DNA of 32,000 nt from Candidatus Electronema halotolerans (GCA_942493095.1 OW818675.1:1200001-1232000), one strand, 5' to 3'. Shown: positions 17,815-27,486, numbered from the stretch's first letter. A program made the numbers and translations. Notes: generated by a model from the letters alone, not told the origin.

Positions 17815-20517
17815 ATGGCTTCACAAAAAGATCAGCGGAACAGTGAGTTCGATGAATTGCAGCAGACTCTCGCCCAGCATTCGCGCATCAGGATAACCCA
17901 GACTGAGGGCGAGCCGCCAGACTGCTATGAAATCGAATACAATCTGACCGGGCTGGTCAAAGCTGCGGACGGCAGCATCAGCAAGGCCTCCAAGCACCTC
18001 ATGCTGCTCACCCTGCCGTTTGGCTATCCTCACTTCCCGCCTGCCGTCAAGCCGCTCACCCCGATTTTCCATCCAGACATGGACCCGGACGCAGTCCGCA
18101 TCTCCTCCTACTGGCAGAACAGCCCCTCGTTGGCCAAGCTCGTTCTTCATCTTGGCGACATGATCTGCGGCAAAGAGTATGAGCTGGAGGAGCCGTTCAA
18201 TCAGGAGGCGGCAGACTGGTATGCCGCTCATGCTAAGGAGCTGCCCTGCGACACTGCTGCCGGAACAGGCGGTGCTGCGGATGATCTTGATCTTGACCTC
18301 GGCCTTGCTGATCTTGATGAGCCTGCGCATGCGCAGGAGATGGATATTTCCTCAGCCTTGGCTCCGGCCTTGGAAATTGAGGACATGACCGACTTGGAGC
18401 CTGTTGAAACAGACAGCGGCGCGGAACTGTCCTTTGAGCTGGAATCGCCGCAGCCGGTGGATGATCTTGCCGGTTTGACTGGCCAAGAAGAGGAGCATGC
18501 CAGTCAGGAAGAGGCGGAGGAAGAGGATTTCGGCTTGGAGCTTGAGCTTGACCTCGCGCCTGAGCCTGAACCGGCAGTGGAACAGCCGCCGCAGGACATT
18601 GGGCCGAAGCTGGAGGAAATCCGAGCTCATATACGCAGAAAAGAGATGGAGATTGCGGCCCGGCTGCTGGCCAGACTGCCTGCGCTCCCGGAGGTGGAGG
18701 ACCTTAGACTGCGGGTTCGGACGGCATTGGCGGAACGGGACGAGCTGCTGGCAGAACTGAAAGTTTTTGAGGATGACGACAACTTTGACGAAGCCAAGAA
18801 AGTTTTCAAGAAGATCAAGGCGGTTGCGGCTGACACCCCGGATCTGGCCGAAATAGGCCGTCGGCTGGAGCAGTCGCAAAACATGCTGGATGCCTTTTCC
18901 ATGCCCTCGCAGAAGGAAGCGGCGGCGGAAGATGAATTTGCTGCTGAGGAAGAGAGCATTCCGTCTCTGAAAAAGAAAAAAGAGAAAAGAACTGTCAAGG
19001 AGGCTCCGCCGCGCAAGGAAAGGCAGAAGCAGGCTGCGCCCAAGGAAAAAAAAGAAATTTCCACGGTCAAAAGGCAGATTGTCCGCACGGTGTACCGGGA
19101 GGTGCCAGTGGCTCCTTTTGCCATAGCCGCCGGGGTTGCAGCAGTGATTGTGGTCGTTGGCCTGGTTTACACCAGAGACACCAACAATCTGCTCAATGCC
19201 CAGCTGGCATGGCAGGACGCGCAGCAGCTTTTCCGGCAGCGTGAATGTCAGAAGGCAGATGCCAAAGCCAATGCCGCGCTTGCCATCTTGCAGACAGTAC
19301 TCACGCCTTTGCCTGCAAAAGGCAGCATGAGGAAAGAAATTGCCGAACTGACAGCAAGTGCGGAGTATCAGCTCTGCAAGGATGGAAAAGGACTCTACAA
19401 TGGAACGCCAATACTATTGCCTGAGTTGAAAAAACGGGTGGAGCTTGACAAGCGGCTTGCAGCAATAGAACATGCCTTGGAACAAGGCAATATCAGTCTA
19501 TCTGTTGAACTGCTTGAGAAGGCAGAAAAATATGCTATAGAAAATGGGCTGCGGCTGCCGGACAATTTTGAAGCATTGAAAAAACGTGTTTTTGAAACGC
19601 TTCTGAAAGATGCCCTCAATTGTGTTGAAGAGGCGCGGAAGCTGAAAGACTGGGAGACTGTGGAGAAATGCACCCGGCAAGGCTTGCAGGCGGCAAAGGA
19701 GCTGGGGGATAATGAGGTTGAAAGAAAATTCAAAGAAATTTTGGCTGAATCTCTTTTCAACAGTGAACTGCATCGATTCAAACAACTGTTTGCCGGGGCG
19801 CACGGACAATGGCAGCAGTGTCTTGAACAGCTCAAAACACTGGAAGCATTGCTCCAGAAGAATTCAGATGCAGCCACTCCTGAGAAAAAACTGGAGCTGG
19901 AGCAGCTCAAGGCTAACTGTCAGTTTTATCAATTTCTTTTTCTTGCCAACGAAGCCTACAGCAGCAAGGGAGACAGCGATGCGGCAGTAAGCCATTATGA
20001 ACAGGCCTTGAGCCTGCTCAACAGCAAGCAGCACCTGTTCACGGCTGCGGAACAGGCGACTGCCGAACAAATCAGAAGCACCATTCAGCGGATCAGAATC
20101 AGTGATTTGTGGAGCAAAGCCGCCGCAGAGGAGAAGGATGGCGATCTTTCTTCAGCCTTGAAGCATTACAGGGGAATAAAAGAGATGCTGCGGAGGCTTG
20201 ACCTGAATGACAAAGACGCAGACCTGCAACTCTTTGACAAGGAGATTGATTCAAGAATCAGCCGCTTGCAGCAGGTGTTGCGAGGACAGCGGAACAATGA
20301 CTGGCTGCAGAGGAATTACAAGAAAATTTTCTCAGATGCCTATCCATCGGCCCGAACTGAACTTCTTCACAGTCCGCAGCTTGACTTCATCAATATGATC
20401 AATGGGCAGGAGCACTACAAGGTCAGTTGCCGCGAGGGGCAGATGTACCGTTTTGAACTGCATTATCTGCACAACCCGGCGACTGGTCAGTGGACACCCT
20501 GCCCAAATTGTCAATGA
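17815..20517 (+). CDS. Large protein: N-terminal ubiquitin-conjugating E2-like (UEV-like, no catalytic Cys) domain, acidic linker, TM segment, TPR-like region, C-terminal CPNC
   Basis: LMLLTLPFGYPHFPPAVKPLTPIFHPDMDPDAVRISSYWQNSPSLAKLVLHLGDMICG...EEPFNQEAADWYAAHA matches the UBC core; TM VAPFAIAAGVAAVIVVVGLVY; TPR-like repeats downstream. Confidence 0.75.
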   Translation: MASQKDQRNSEFDELQQTLAQHSRIRITQTEGEPPDCYEIEYNLTGLVKAADGSISKASKHLMLLTLPFGYPHFPPAVKPLTPIFHPDMDPDAVRISSYWQNSPSLAKLVLHLGDMICGKEYELEEPFNQEAADWYAAHAKELPCDTAAGTGGAADDLDLDLGLADLDEPAHAQEMDISSALAPALEIEDMTDLEPVETDSGAELSFELESPQPVDDLAGLTGQEEEHASQEEAEEEDFGLELELDLAPEPEPAVEQPPQDIGPKLEEIRAHIRRKEMEIAARLLARLPALPEVEDLRLRVRTALAERDELLAELKVFEDDDNFDEAKKVFKKIKAVAADTPDLAEIGRRLEQSQNMLDAFSMPSQKEAAAEDEFAAEEESIPSLKKKKEKRTVKEAPPRKERQKQAAPKEKKEISTVKRQIVRTVYREVPVAPFAIAAGVAAVIVVVGLVYTRDTNNLLNAQLAWQDAQQLFRQRECQKADAKANAALAILQTVLTPLPAKGSMRKEIAELTASAEYQLCKDGKGLYNGTPILLPELKKRVELDKRLAAIEHALEQGNISLSVELLEKAEKYAIENGLRLPDNFEALKKRVFETLLKDALNCVEEARKLKDWETVEKCTRQGLQAAKELGDNEVERKFKEILAESLFNSELHRFKQLFAGAHGQWQQCLEQLKTLEALLQKNSDAATPEKKLELEQLKANCQFYQFLFLANEAYSSKGDSDAAVSHYEQALSLLNSKQHLFTAAEQATAEQIRSTIQRIRISDLWSKAAAEEKDGDLSSALKHYRGIKEMLRRLDLNDKDADLQLFDKEIDSRISRLQQVLRGQRNNDWLQRNYKKIFSDAYPSARTELLHSPQLDFINMINGQEHYKVSCREGQMYRFELHYLHNPATGQWTPCPNCQ

Positions 20518-20765
20518 TGGTGGTGATGCCCGCTGTTGTCGTGCCCTGGCGCGGCCAGCGGGCCGCCAGCCCGCTCCAAGGCCTCTTCCAGAGAGCGGTG
20601 CGCTGACTGAAGTGCTTCTGAGGCCCGGCGCAGCAGACCGGCAAGTTCCGGCGTTTCCGCAGTCAAGGTTTCGGCCCAGCGGAAGAATTCCGCGCCATGT
20701 CCCTGATTGTGCTCAATCCAATGCGGCAGCAGCACCCGCAGTTTATCCACATCCTTCATTGTCAA
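20511..20765 (-). CDS. Small conserved protein with C-terminal HHHHH
   Basis: MTMKDVDKLRVLLPHWIEHNQGHGAEFFRWAETL...PGHDNSGHHHHH; same strand and order as cooT-like and kdsD. Confidence 0.65.
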   Translation of the reverse strand: MTMKDVDKLRVLLPHWIEHNQGHGAEFFRWAETLTAETPELAGLLRRASEALQSAHRSLEEALERAGGPLAAPGHDNSGHHHHH

Positions 20766-20788
20766 ATCCTTTGTGCAGTTTTCTTTTG

Positions 20789-20995
20789 TTATGATGCCGA
20801 TTGCCTGACCGCCAGCACCACTGAGCCGTCAAGAAAATCAATATTTCTGATCCATGCGTCAGGCACAGTCAAAGGCTCTTCAAAATAGGTGCTGAGAATC
20901 ACGCCCTCCGGGGTCACATTGACGCTGGTGACAGATTCCATCACGGTTTTCCTGCTGCCATCCTGCTGCTCCACGATTGCTTTGAGCTGACACAT
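20789..20995 (-). CDS. cooT: CooT-family nickel-binding-like protein
   Basis: MCQLKAIVEQQDGSRKTVMESVTSVNVTPEGVILSTYFEEPLTVPDAWIRNIDFLDGSVVL; the N-terminal MCQLKA...V pattern is the CooT hallmark. Confidence 0.75.
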   Translation of the reverse strand: MCQLKAIVEQQDGSRKTVMESVTSVNVTPEGVILSTYFEEPLTVPDAWIRNIDFLDGSVVLAVRQSAS

Positions 20996-21015
20996 TGCTG
21001 CTCTCTCCTCACTGT

Positions 21016-21996
21016 TCAAATAAGAAAACGGAATTCCCCCTTGCCGAGCAGGTCATGCAGATGGAGGATGCCCAGCACAGCGCCTGCCTCATCGGTCACT
21101 GCCAAGACAGTGATGTCCTTGCTCTGCATCAGACTGAGGGCATCAGCCGCCATCATGTCCGGGCTGATGCGCACCGGTGTTTTGGTCATTACCGCTGCCG
21201 TGCCGCCGCCCGCCTGTAGCTGCCTGCTGATCAGGTGCCGCCGCAAGTCGCCGTCCGTGATGATGCCGGACAGCTTCTGCTCAGAAGAGACAACCAGCAC
21301 GGCCCCCAGATTCTTGCGGTTCAGTTCAGCAACCGCCTCCGCCAAGCTGGCTTCCTTCCTGATCAACGGCATCTTGTCGCCAGTGAGCATGACCTCCCGC
21401 ACTTCCACCTTTAAGCGTTCGCCCAAACTGCCGCCCGGATGATTGCGGCGGAAATCTTCAGCCCGGAAGCGGTGCCGCTTGAGCAGGGCCACGGCCAAGG
21501 CATCGCCAAGAGCGAGCGTGGCTGTGGTCGAGGCGGTCGGAGCCAGCCCCAGCGGGCAGGCTTCTTTGGGCACTGCAACCTTGAGCAGCACCTTGGCCTG
21601 CTCGGCCAAGGAAGAAGTCGGATTGCCGGTCATGAGGATCACGGGCAGCGACATGGCCTTGAGGCTGGAGAGCAGCCGGTGCAGCTCCGTGGTCTCACCG
21701 GAATAGGAGATTGCCAGCACCACATCCTTTGGCCCGACCATGCCAAGGTCGCCGTGCATGGCTTCGACCGGGTGAAGAAACAAGGACGGGGTGCCGGTGG
21801 AGTTGAAGGTGGCGGCCATTTTCTGTCCCACCAGCCCGGATTTGCCAATGCCGGTGATGATCAGGCGGTTGGGCGGACAGGCCATGATCAAATCAACGGC
21901 TTGGACAAACTCCTGGCCCAAGGCATCACGGACCGCATGAATGCCTTCGGCCTCAATGGTCAACACCTCGCGGGCCTGCTCAATGGCTGTCATCAT
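21016..21996 (-). CDS. kdsD: Arabinose-5-phosphate isomerase (SIS + CBS domains)
   Basis: IITGIGKSGLVGQKMAATFNSTGTPSLFLHPVEAMHGDLGM, SYSGETTEL, LGDALAVALL, CBS pair at C-terminus; ATGA overlap with upstream gene. Confidence 0.93.
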   Translation of the reverse strand: MMTAIEQAREVLTIEAEGIHAVRDALGQEFVQAVDLIMACPPNRLIITGIGKSGLVGQKMAATFNSTGTPSLFLHPVEAMHGDLGMVGPKDVVLAISYSGETTELHRLLSSLKAMSLPVILMTGNPTSSLAEQAKVLLKVAVPKEACPLGLAPTASTTATLALGDALAVALLKRHRFRAEDFRRNHPGGSLGERLKVEVREVMLTGDKMPLIRKEASLAEAVAELNRKNLGAVLVVSSEQKLSGIITDGDLRRHLISRQLQAGGGTAAVMTKTPVRISPDMMAADALSLMQSKDITVLAVTDEAGAVLGILHLHDLLGKGEFRFLI

Positions 21997-23009
21997 GATT
22001 CATCTCCCAAATCCAGAACAATCCGGCCCCGCGTCCGGCCTGCAAGCATGTCATCAATGGTCTGACTGAGCTGGGCAAGGCTGATGCGGCGGCTCAGGCA
22101 GGCAAGCGCATCGTGCAGCAAAGGATGCCACGGCCCGGCCAATTTGTCCCAAATTTCCTTGCGCCTGGCCAGCGGACATGCAGCAGAGTCAATGCCGAGC
22201 AAACTGATCCCGCGCAGAATAAAGGGATAGACCGTGACAGGCAGCTCGCCGGAAGCGGCATTGCCGCAGCAGGTGACTATGCCATTGTATTGCGTCGCTT
22301 TAATCGCCCCGGCCAGTATATCGCCGCCAACTGTATCGACAACTCCGGCCCAGCGTTCCCGAAGCAGAGCGGCTCCGGCCCGGCCCGCAGCCTGCTGCCG
22401 GTTCAAGACGGCAGCGCAGCCGAGCTGGCCGAGCAAGTCATGCTCGCTCTCCTTGCCAGTCACTGCGGTGACAGAAAAACCGAGCTTGGCTAAAAGAGCC
22501 GCCGCAATGGAACCAACTCCGCCCGTGGCGCCAGTGACAAGCACCGGCCCCTGCTCAGGGCGCAGGCCAAAAGCGAGCAGTTTATCCACACACTGGGCGG
22601 CAGTGAAACCGGCGGTGCCGATCTGCATGGTTGCAAGCAGGGAGAGCGGCTCCGGCTTGGCCAGCACCCAAGCCGCTGGCACCCGGATATATTGACCAAA
22701 GCCGCCGTGCGTGTTCATGCCAAGGTCATAACCCATGCAGAGGACTTCGTCGCCTTCCTTGAACTGCGGCGCGCTGGAAAATGCGACCAATCCTGCCGCA
22801 TCAATGCCGGGCGTGTGCGGATAGTTCTTGGTCACGCCCCGGTTGCCGCTGGCAGACAGGGCATCCTTGTAATTGAGCGAGGAGAACTGGACTCGGATCA
22901 ACACTTCGCCGGGCGGCAGGTCAGCAAGGCGGCGTTCCTCCACTGCCCGCTGGAACAAGCCGTCCTGCTCCCGCACCACAAATGCCTTAAATACAGTTTC
23001 GTTGTTCAT
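21993..23009 (-). CDS. acuI: YhdH/YhfP-family quinone oxidoreductase (AcuI-like)
   Basis: FSSLNYKDALSASGNRGVTKNYPHTPGIDAAG, VLVTGATGGVGSIAAALLAKLGFSVTAVTGK, MDR superfamily pattern. Confidence 0.85.
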   Translation of the reverse strand: MNNETVFKAFVVREQDGLFQRAVEERRLADLPPGEVLIRVQFSSLNYKDALSASGNRGVTKNYPHTPGIDAAGLVAFSSAPQFKEGDEVLCMGYDLGMNTHGGFGQYIRVPAAWVLAKPEPLSLLATMQIGTAGFTAAQCVDKLLAFGLRPEQGPVLVTGATGGVGSIAAALLAKLGFSVTAVTGKESEHDLLGQLGCAAVLNRQQAAGRAGAALLRERWAGVVDTVGGDILAGAIKATQYNGIVTCCGNAASGELPVTVYPFILRGISLLGIDSAACPLARRKEIWDKLAGPWHPLLHDALACLSRRISLAQLSQTIDDMLAGRTRGRIVLDLGDES

Positions 23010-23016
23010 GAAAAGC

Positions 23017-24639
23017 TCAAGTTGCAGGCAGCCAGCGCTGCAAGGTGGCAGTGAGCTGGTCCTTGTTGACAGGTTTGGTCAGATAGTCGTCCATGCCTGC
23101 GGCAAAGCATTTTTCCTGATCACCGGTCATGGCATTGGCGGTCATGGCAATGATCAGCCGGTGCCTGCCTTGCAAGCGCTGGCGCAACTGCTCCAGCAGA
23201 CCGGTCTCTATTTTGCCTGCCGCCTCCGAGTCCAAGTCCCCGTTCTCCTCGCAGGCGCGGATGATCCGGGTCAGGCTGTAGCCGTCCAAACGCGGCATCT
23301 GCACATCAGAAAGAATCAGATCAAAGCTGTCATCCTCCAGCAGCATCTGGAGGGCGGCCAAGCCGTCAAAGGCCTCTGTCACCTGATGCTCGAACTTTTC
23401 CAGCACCACCCGGAGCAGGAAGCGGTTGGCTGGATTGTCCTCCACCAGCAGGACGCGCAGCGGCTGGAGTGCGGCAGGATTTGGCATGGCATGCACGGCT
23501 GCTTTTGGCATCTCAGCAGTCCGGCCAAAGATGGCGGTGAAAGTGAAGGTTGATCCCTTGCCCTGCTCACTCTGCGCACTGATGTCGCCGTCCATCAGCT
23601 CGCAGAGCTGACGGCAGATGGCCAGGCCCAGCCCTGTGCCGCCGAATTTGCGCGACACCGAGCTGTCCTCCTGCGAAAAGGCGCTGAAAATCGTGCTGAT
23701 TTTATCAGCCCTGATGCCGATGCCCCGGTCAATGACTGAAACTTGCAGGGTGACAGTTTCCGGCCCGGCATCGGCCATGCTGACCTGAATGCGGATCGGC
23801 CCCTGCTGGGAGAATTTGATTGCATTGCTGAGTAAATTGAGGATGATCTGGCGGAAGCGGAGACTGTCGCCCTCCACTGCCTTGGGCACATCCTCGGCAA
23901 TGTCCATGAGGATGGCCAGCCCTTTTTCCTTGGAAAGAAAGGAAACCGTGCGGACTGCCGCCTCCACTGCCTCAGCCAGAAGAAAAGGATGTTCATCCAG
24001 CTCCAGCTGTCCGGCTTCAATTTTGGAGAAATCAAGAATGTCGTTGATCAGAGAAAGCAGGGAATCAGCCGACAGCTTGACGGTTTCAAGGTATTTGCGC
24101 TGCTGCGAGTCAGCCGCCTTTTCCAAGGCCAGATCGGTCATGCCGATGATCGCGCTCATGGGCGTGCGGATCTCATGGCTCATATTGGCGAGAAAGATCG
24201 ACTTGGACTGCGAGGCAGCCTCGGCCTTGAGGCGCGCATCTTGGAGCTGCTGCCGCATCCGCAGCAGTTCAATCTGGGTGCTGATCCGGGCGCGGACAAT
24301 CTCCAGCTTGAACGGTTTGGTGATGAAATCGACCGCCCCTGCGTCCAGCCCTTGCAGCTCGTCGCTTTCCTTGTCCAAGGCGCTGAGGAAGATGACCGGA
24401 ATATGCCTGGTGCGGCTGTCTGCTTTCAGACTGCGGCAGACCTCGTAGCCGTCCATGCCCGGCATCATGATGTCCAGCAGGATCAAATCAGGCTGAGGCG
24501 CCTGCGCGGCCAGCTCCAGGCCCTGCCTGCCGCCGGTGGCCACTCTGACAGTGTACTCCGGCGACATGGCCTCGCCAAGAAGCATCAAATTGTCAATGAT
24601 GTCATCAATGATGAGGAGGATGGGTTTTCTGTCGCTCAT
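23017..24639 (-). CDS. Hybrid sensor histidine kinase (REC-HisKA-HATPase_c-REC)
   Basis: LLIIDDIIDNLMLL...PDLILLDIMMPGMDGYE; FLANMSHEIRTPMSAIIGM; DRGIGIRADKI...GTGLGLAICRQLCELMDG; second REC VLLVEDNPANRFL...LILSDVQMPRLDGYS. Confidence 0.95.
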   Translation of the reverse strand: MSDRKPILLIIDDIIDNLMLLGEAMSPEYTVRVATGGRQGLELAAQAPQPDLILLDIMMPGMDGYEVCRSLKADSRTRHIPVIFLSALDKESDELQGLDAGAVDFITKPFKLEIVRARISTQIELLRMRQQLQDARLKAEAASQSKSIFLANMSHEIRTPMSAIIGMTDLALEKAADSQQRKYLETVKLSADSLLSLINDILDFSKIEAGQLELDEHPFLLAEAVEAAVRTVSFLSKEKGLAILMDIAEDVPKAVEGDSLRFRQIILNLLSNAIKFSQQGPIRIQVSMADAGPETVTLQVSVIDRGIGIRADKISTIFSAFSQEDSSVSRKFGGTGLGLAICRQLCELMDGDISAQSEQGKGSTFTFTAIFGRTAEMPKAAVHAMPNPAALQPLRVLLVEDNPANRFLLRVVLEKFEHQVTEAFDGLAALQMLLEDDSFDLILSDVQMPRLDGYSLTRIIRACEENGDLDSEAAGKIETGLLEQLRQRLQGRHRLIIAMTANAMTGDQEKCFAAGMDDYLTKPVNKDQLTATLQRWLPAT

Positions 24640-24767
24640 AGATTTTCAGTGGGCCTGCCGAGCTGTTCTGATGCTGCCAGCGGATGCACAAAAAAGTATT
24701 ATGTTCTGTATCGCATATCCTGCTTTCTGGCAACAGATTTGTTTTTCCGCAACCAACAGCTGTCTGT

Positions 24768-25997
24768 TTATTTGCGCCGGTACTCATCCGCCCGGCTGAT
24801 GATGAACTCCTGCCAGGACGGATCAGCAAAGGCATGGGCAATGGTGAAGATGTCCTTGTCGCCCCGGCCTGACATGTTGATGATGATCGCCTGCTCGCGG
24901 GACATTTTTGGAGCCTCCTTGATCGCTTGGGCAAAGGCGTGCGAGGATTCCAAGGCCGGAATAATGCCTTCCGTTTTCATGGTCAGCTGAAGCGCCTCCA
25001 ACACCTCGTCATCCGTGGCCGCCTCGAAACGCACCCGGCCTTGCTCGCCCAGATCAGCCAAGATCGGGGAAATGCCGACATAGTCCAGCCCGGCGGAAAT
25101 GGAATGCGTGTCCAGCATCTGTCCGTCGCTGTCTTGGAGAAAGCGGGTCTTATAGCCTTGGGCAATGCCCGCCGCCGCCCGATCACTTAACATGCGGCAA
25201 GCATGTTTGCCCGTATCCAAGCCCTTGCCGCCTGCTTCCACGCCGACTAATTCCACACTGTTGTCGTTCAGAAAGCCTTGGAAGATGCCCATCGCGTTGG
25301 AGCCGCCGCCGACGCAGGCATAGACCCGATCAGGCAGCGAGCCGCGCTGCTCCATGATCTGCCGCTTGGCCTCTTGGCCGATGATCGATTGGAACCAAGC
25401 CACCATTTCCGGGAAAGGATGCGGCCCGCAGACTGTGCCAAGGACGTAATGCGTCGTGTCCATACTCGCCACCCAGTCGCGGAACGCCTCGTTGATCGCG
25501 TCCTTGAGGGTGCGGGAGCCGTCTTTCACTGGCACCACAGTCGCGCCCAGCTTCTCCATCCAGAAGACATTGGGCCGCTGCCGGGCCACGTCCTCCTCAC
25601 CCATGTAAATCGTGCAGGCAAAGCCGAAGCGGGCGGCCATTGTTGCGGTGGCCACGCCGTGCTGACCCGCACCGGTCTCGGCAATGACCCGCGTCTTGCC
25701 CATGCGCTTGACGAGCAAGCCTTGCCCCATGACATTATTGGCTTTGTGCGCGCCAGTATGGTTGAGGTCTTCGCGCTTGATGTAAATCTGCGCCCCGCCG
25801 AGCTGCTTGGACAGGTTTTCCGCATAAGTCAGCGGCGTGGGCCTGCCGGAGTAGTTGGCCATCAGGTCAACATATTCCTGCCAGAAACTGGCATCAGCCC
25901 GCGCCGCTTCGTAGGCCGCGTTCAGCTCGACAAAGGTTTGATGCAGCACTTCCGGGATAAACGCCCCGCCCCATTGACCAAAGTATCCTTTTTTCAT
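24768..25997 (-). CDS. trpB: Tryptophan synthase beta chain
   Basis: GYFGQWGGAFIPEVL, GRPTPLTYAENLS, KREDLNHTGAHKANN, ETGAGQHGVATATMAA, VGGGSNAMGIF. Confidence 0.96.
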   Translation of the reverse strand: MKKGYFGQWGGAFIPEVLHQTFVELNAAYEAARADASFWQEYVDLMANYSGRPTPLTYAENLSKQLGGAQIYIKREDLNHTGAHKANNVMGQGLLVKRMGKTRVIAETGAGQHGVATATMAARFGFACTIYMGEEDVARQRPNVFWMEKLGATVVPVKDGSRTLKDAINEAFRDWVASMDTTHYVLGTVCGPHPFPEMVAWFQSIIGQEAKRQIMEQRGSLPDRVYACVGGGSNAMGIFQGFLNDNSVELVGVEAGGKGLDTGKHACRMLSDRAAAGIAQGYKTRFLQDSDGQMLDTHSISAGLDYVGISPILADLGEQGRVRFEAATDDEVLEALQLTMKTEGIIPALESSHAFAQAIKEAPKMSREQAIIINMSGRGDKDIFTIAHAFADPSWQEFIISRADEYRRK

Positions 25998-26470
25998 AGT
26001 TTTTCTGCACTTTTTATTGACGATTTCCTGCTCATCTGCACTTTGACGGCTTTGCCGCTCCAATCAATATTCATAATATGAACAAGAAAACTGCCTGTTG
26101 AGGAAGTGAATTCCTCGGTATAGCCATTCTCTACAGCACGATTTGCTGTTTGCTTGCCATCAGGCGCAATGGTGAGCGTGACGATCTTATATTCCTCGTT
26201 GAAGGTGATGGAAATTCTGGTTTCAGCCTCTTCAATAAACTGTGTTTGATTTTCATGAAGCGTTGCGGAAAACGGGCCGGGAAGATGCTTTGCTTCCTCA
26301 ACAGGCTGCTCTATCTTTTGCTTTTGATCGTTGAGACCAAAGAAGTCCCTCATCTCAGGCGTTGCAACCGTGAACAGCAATGCAAGTCCGCCAATAATGA
26401 AACTGATGATGAGGCCAATCAGGGCAATAAGAAAATTCTTGTCCAATTTATCGTCGTTTTCTTGCTGCAT
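25994..26470 (-). CDS. Hypothetical single-TM protein, translationally coupled to trpB
   Basis: MQQENDDKLDKNFLIALIGLIISFIIGGLALLFTV...; stop codon overlaps the trpB start as ATGA. Confidence 0.6.
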   Translation of the reverse strand: MQQENDDKLDKNFLIALIGLIISFIIGGLALLFTVATPEMRDFFGLNDQKQKIEQPVEEAKHLPGPFSATLHENQTQFIEEAETRISITFNEEYKIVTLTIAPDGKQTANRAVENGYTEEFTSSTGSFLVHIMNIDWSGKAVKVQMSRKSSIKSAEKL

Positions 26471-26547
26471 TTCCGTGTTTCAATGAATCAATGCGCAGGC
26501 GGAAACCTTGCCCCGCCATGCCGCAGTAAAAGGTTACTCGATCCAAG

Positions 26548-26598
26548 CGAATCATGATAGGTATCACGGCACTGTCATGATACTAATCATGAAACTGT
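26548..26598. repeat. Decayed 23-bp-period repeat, left part of an array interrupted by the IS1-like element (right part 27490-27558)
   Basis: ACTGTCATGATAC(taatcatgaa) / ACTGTCGTGATAC(atataagaac) lie 23 bp apart once the IS is removed; neighbouring 23-bp rows are partially similar. Confidence 0.45.
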
Positions 26599-27486
26599 GG
26601 TGATGGTGAACTGTGAGTGATCAATTAAACAAAAGATTATTATTATAATCTTGAATGAACCTCCAGACAGATGCAGTTAAATTTTCGATGCTTCTCGAAA
26701 ATGAAATGGTCTTTCTGACAAGTGCAGACAATCTTTGTCTGAATGTCAAATTGAGCCTTTCGATATGACTTGTTTTTCCGCTTCCTTTGCTGACAATTCT
26801 ATGCCTTTCAGCTGGAAACACGCTCGAATAAGCGGCGAGTCCATCCGTAAAAAATATTCCGTTCTTTTTGCAATCTTCAGAAAGGGAGTCCCACAAGGCG
26901 GCTGCTCCTGCATTATCTCTTTTTCCAACATGATATCCGACAATAAGCTTTGTTCTTCTCTCGACAGCAAGCCATATCCAAATATCATTTTCCTTGTCAC
27001 CAACGAAAGTCCACATTTCATCGGCTTCGATGAAGATTTTTCCGTTGCGGGACATATTGAAAGCCTCTTTTTTGACTACATTTCGTTTTTTTTTAACATA
27101 TTCCTGAAGCCATCTTTTTGAGATGGAAACGGCTCTCGCAATCCCAGCCAAGGAGATTCTTTCAACAAGAAGCTTATCAACTATGCGCCATTCAGCATCA
27201 GATATTGTTTTGTTCTGAGGATTCTCAACGAATTGACGTGAGCAGTCCTTACATAAAAATTTCTTTTTCCCATTCGCATTGGAGCCATTTTTCACAATGA
27301 CTGATGAACCACATCTTGGGCATTGCACAGCTTTCTTCTCCATGTTTGTTTTTTTCATAATGACGGCTTGACATGCGCATCCGACGAAGAGCCGATGGGA
27401 CAGAGAGCATCCCTTGCCGCCAGTATATTATATTTTCCAGCAATTTCAACATATTTTCAACCCATCACTCACGATTCACCATTACC
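26599..27486 (-). mobile_element. IS1-family insertion sequence, 888 bp, with 8-bp target duplication GAAACTGT
   Basis: 23-bp imperfect terminal inverted repeats GGTGATGGTGAACTGTGAGTGAT / GGTAATGGTGAATCGTGAGTGAT (20/23); direct repeats GAAACTGT at 26591-26598 and 27487-27494. Confidence 0.93.
26621..27343 (-). CDS. IS1-family transposase
   Basis: MEKKAVQCPRCGSSVIVKNGSNANGKKKFLCKDCSRQF zinc ribbon; DEMWTFVGDKENDIWIWLAVERRTKLIVGYHVGKR; apparently intact single ORF (open to 27358). Confidence 0.93.
   Translation of the reverse strand: MEKKAVQCPRCGSSVIVKNGSNANGKKKFLCKDCSRQFVENPQNKTISDAEWRIVDKLLVERISLAGIARAVSISKRWLQEYVKKKRNVVKKEAFNMSRNGKIFIEADEMWTFVGDKENDIWIWLAVERRTKLIVGYHVGKRDNAGAAALWDSLSEDCKKNGIFFTDGLAAYSSVFPAERHRIVSKGSGKTSHIERLNLTFRQRLSALVRKTISFSRSIENLTASVWRFIQDYNNNLLFN

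Noticed and set aside
17815-18250. A complete bacterial ubiquitin-like conjugation operon
   Set aside because: No E1, JAB or ubiquitin-like ORF is present nearby and the E2-like domain lacks its Cys, so only the single protein is reported.
23989-24990. Plus-strand 333-aa ORF
   Set aside because: It is an antisense shadow of the hybrid kinase gene in high-GC DNA; composition is not protein-like.
25278-26081. Plus-strand 267-aa ORF
   Set aside because: It is antisense to trpB.
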